From Malacoraja senta (lineage: Eukaryota): a stretch of DNA of 64,000 nt. How positions within the stretch are numbered: the first letter of the stretch is position 1; the number at the start of each line of letters is the position of its first letter. Shown here one piece after another: positions 62,185 to 64,000 of the stretch. The translations under genes and the position numbers were made by a program. The stretch is taken from NCBI GenBank assembly GCA_038087875.1, contig CM075988.1:1302001-1366000 (forward strand), written 5' to 3'. The notes beneath the pieces were generated by a model, which ran no database searches, was not told where the DNA came from, and saw only the letters and a list, made by a program, of their open reading frames with translations.

Positions 62185-64000
62185 ATAGAAACATAGAAAA
62201 TAGGTACAGGAGGAGGCCATTCGGCCCTTCGAGCTAGCACCGCCATTCATTGTGATCATGGCTGATCGTCCCCATTCAATAACCCATGCCTGCCTTCTCC
62301 CCATTTCCCTTGATTCCACTAGCCCCCAGAGCTCTATCTAACTCTCTCTTAAATCCATCCAGTGATTTGGCCTCCACTGCCCTCTGTGTCAGGGAATTCC
62401 ACAAATTCACAACTCTGAGTGAAAACGTTTTTTCTCACCTCAGTCTCCCCTCTATTCTAAGACTGCAGTAAAGACGTTCTTCTGCAGTTGTATAGGGCTC
62501 TGGTGAGACCGCATCTGGAGTATTGTGTACAGTTTCAGTCTCCTAATTTGAGGAAGGACATCCTTGTGATTGAGGCAGTGCAGCGTAGGTTCACGAGATT
62601 GATCCCTGGGATAGCGGGACGAGCCCTATACAGCTGCAGAAGAACCTCTCTACTCCTGTACTGAAATCCTCTTGTTATCAAGGCCAACATTCCATTAGCT
62701 TTCTTCACTGCCTGCTGTACCTGCACGCCAACTTTCAGTGACCGGTGTATATGGATACCCAGGTCTCGCTGCACCTCCCCCTTACCTAACCTAACCCCAT
62801 TGAGATAATAATCTGCCCCCTTGTTTTTGCCACCAAAGTGGATAACCTCACATTTGTCTATATTATACTGCATCTGCCACGCATCTGCCCACTCACTCAA
62901 CCTGTCCAGGTCATCCTGCAACCTCCTAACATCTTCTTCACAGTTCACACTGCCACCCAGCTTTGTGTCATCCACAAACTTGCTAGTGTTGCTCCTAATT
63001 CCCTCTTCCAAATCATTAATATATATGGTAAACAGTTGCAGCCCCAACACCGAACCTTGCGACCCTCCACTCGCCACTGCCTGCCATTCTGAAAAGGACC
63101 CGTTCACTCCTACTCTTTGCTTCCTGTCTGCCAACCAATTTTCTATCCACGTCAACACCCTACCCCCAATACCATGTGCTCTAATTTTAGTCACCAGTCT
63201 CCCGTGCGGGACCTTATCAAAGGCTTTCTGAAAGTCTAGATACACTACATCCACTGGCACCCCTTCATCCATTTTACTTGTCACATCCAAAAAAAATTCC
63301 AGAAGATTAGTCAAGCATGATTTTCCTTTCATAAATCCATGCTGACTTGGACTAATCCTTTTACTGCTATCCAAATGCCCCATTATTACCTCTTTAATAA
63401 TTGACTCCAGCATCTTTCCCACCACTGAAGTCAGGCTGACTGGTCTGTAAATTCCCTGTTTTCTCTCTCGCTCCTTTCATGAAAAGTGGGATAACATTAG
63501 CCATGCTCCAGTCCACAGGAACTGATCCGGAATCTATTGAACATTGGAAAATGATCACCAATGCGTCCACTATTTCTAGAGCCACCTCCCTGAGGACCCT
63601 GGGATGCAGACCATCAGGTCCAGGGGATTTATCATCCTTCGGTCCCATTAGCCTACCCAATACTATTTCTCATCTAATTAAAATTTCTTTCAGTTCCTCT
63701 ACCCCCTCAGATCCTCTGTCCTCCAGTACTTCTGGGAGATTGTTTGTGTTTTCCTTAGACAGATCCGAAGTACCTGTTCAACTCTTCTGCCATTTCCTTG
63801 CTCCCCATAATAATTTCACCCGTGTCTGCCTTCAAGGGACCCACATTTGACTTTGTTATTCTTTTTCCCTTACATGTCTAAAGAAGCTTTTACTGTCCTT
63901 CTTTACATTCCTGGCCAGCTTCCCTTCGTACTTCATCTTTTCAACCCGTATTGCCCGTTTTGTTTCCTTCTGTTGTCCTATGAAAGTTTCCCAATCCTCT
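62185..64000 (-). mobile_element. CR1 LINE RT region with an internal inverted segment; continues beyond the window
   Basis: ORF 62535-63425 carries RT motifs (QHGF, LDFQKAFDKVPH, KFVDD), with a (ctatgttt) tail. Segment 62465-62620 is in the opposite orientation. Confidence 0.93.

Overview
This is eukaryotic, repeat-rich vertebrate DNA, most likely from a cartilaginous fish. That is an inference from HE1/V-type SINEs, abundant CR1 LINEs and Penelope-derived foldbacks. The only host gene is APLP2 (amyloid precursor-like protein 2) on the minus strand. Eight coding exons with GT-AG boundaries and compatible phases are visible from 53118 down to the stop at 18170, plus a poly(A) signal at 17543. 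The exons expected between the copper-binding exon and the last E2 exon are absent, probably hidden in the 200-N gap at 46969-47168. The rest is mostly nested transposable elements. These include L1, CR1, Tx1 and Penelope retroelements and a near-complete but degenerate DIRS1-type tyrosine-recombinase retrotransposon. There is also a Tc1 element, a P-like non-autonomous element and Helitron-like elements. The most notable observations are: a fragmented class III (ERV-L-like) endogenous retrovirus fossil (gag-pro-RT-RNaseH); hammerhead-ribozyme cores in Penelope foldback hairpins; two Tx1 copies inserted in tandem at one target; and APLP2 changes (a 4-residue transmembrane deletion and loss of a copper-ligand His). 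All homology calls are from motif recognition; no searches were run.
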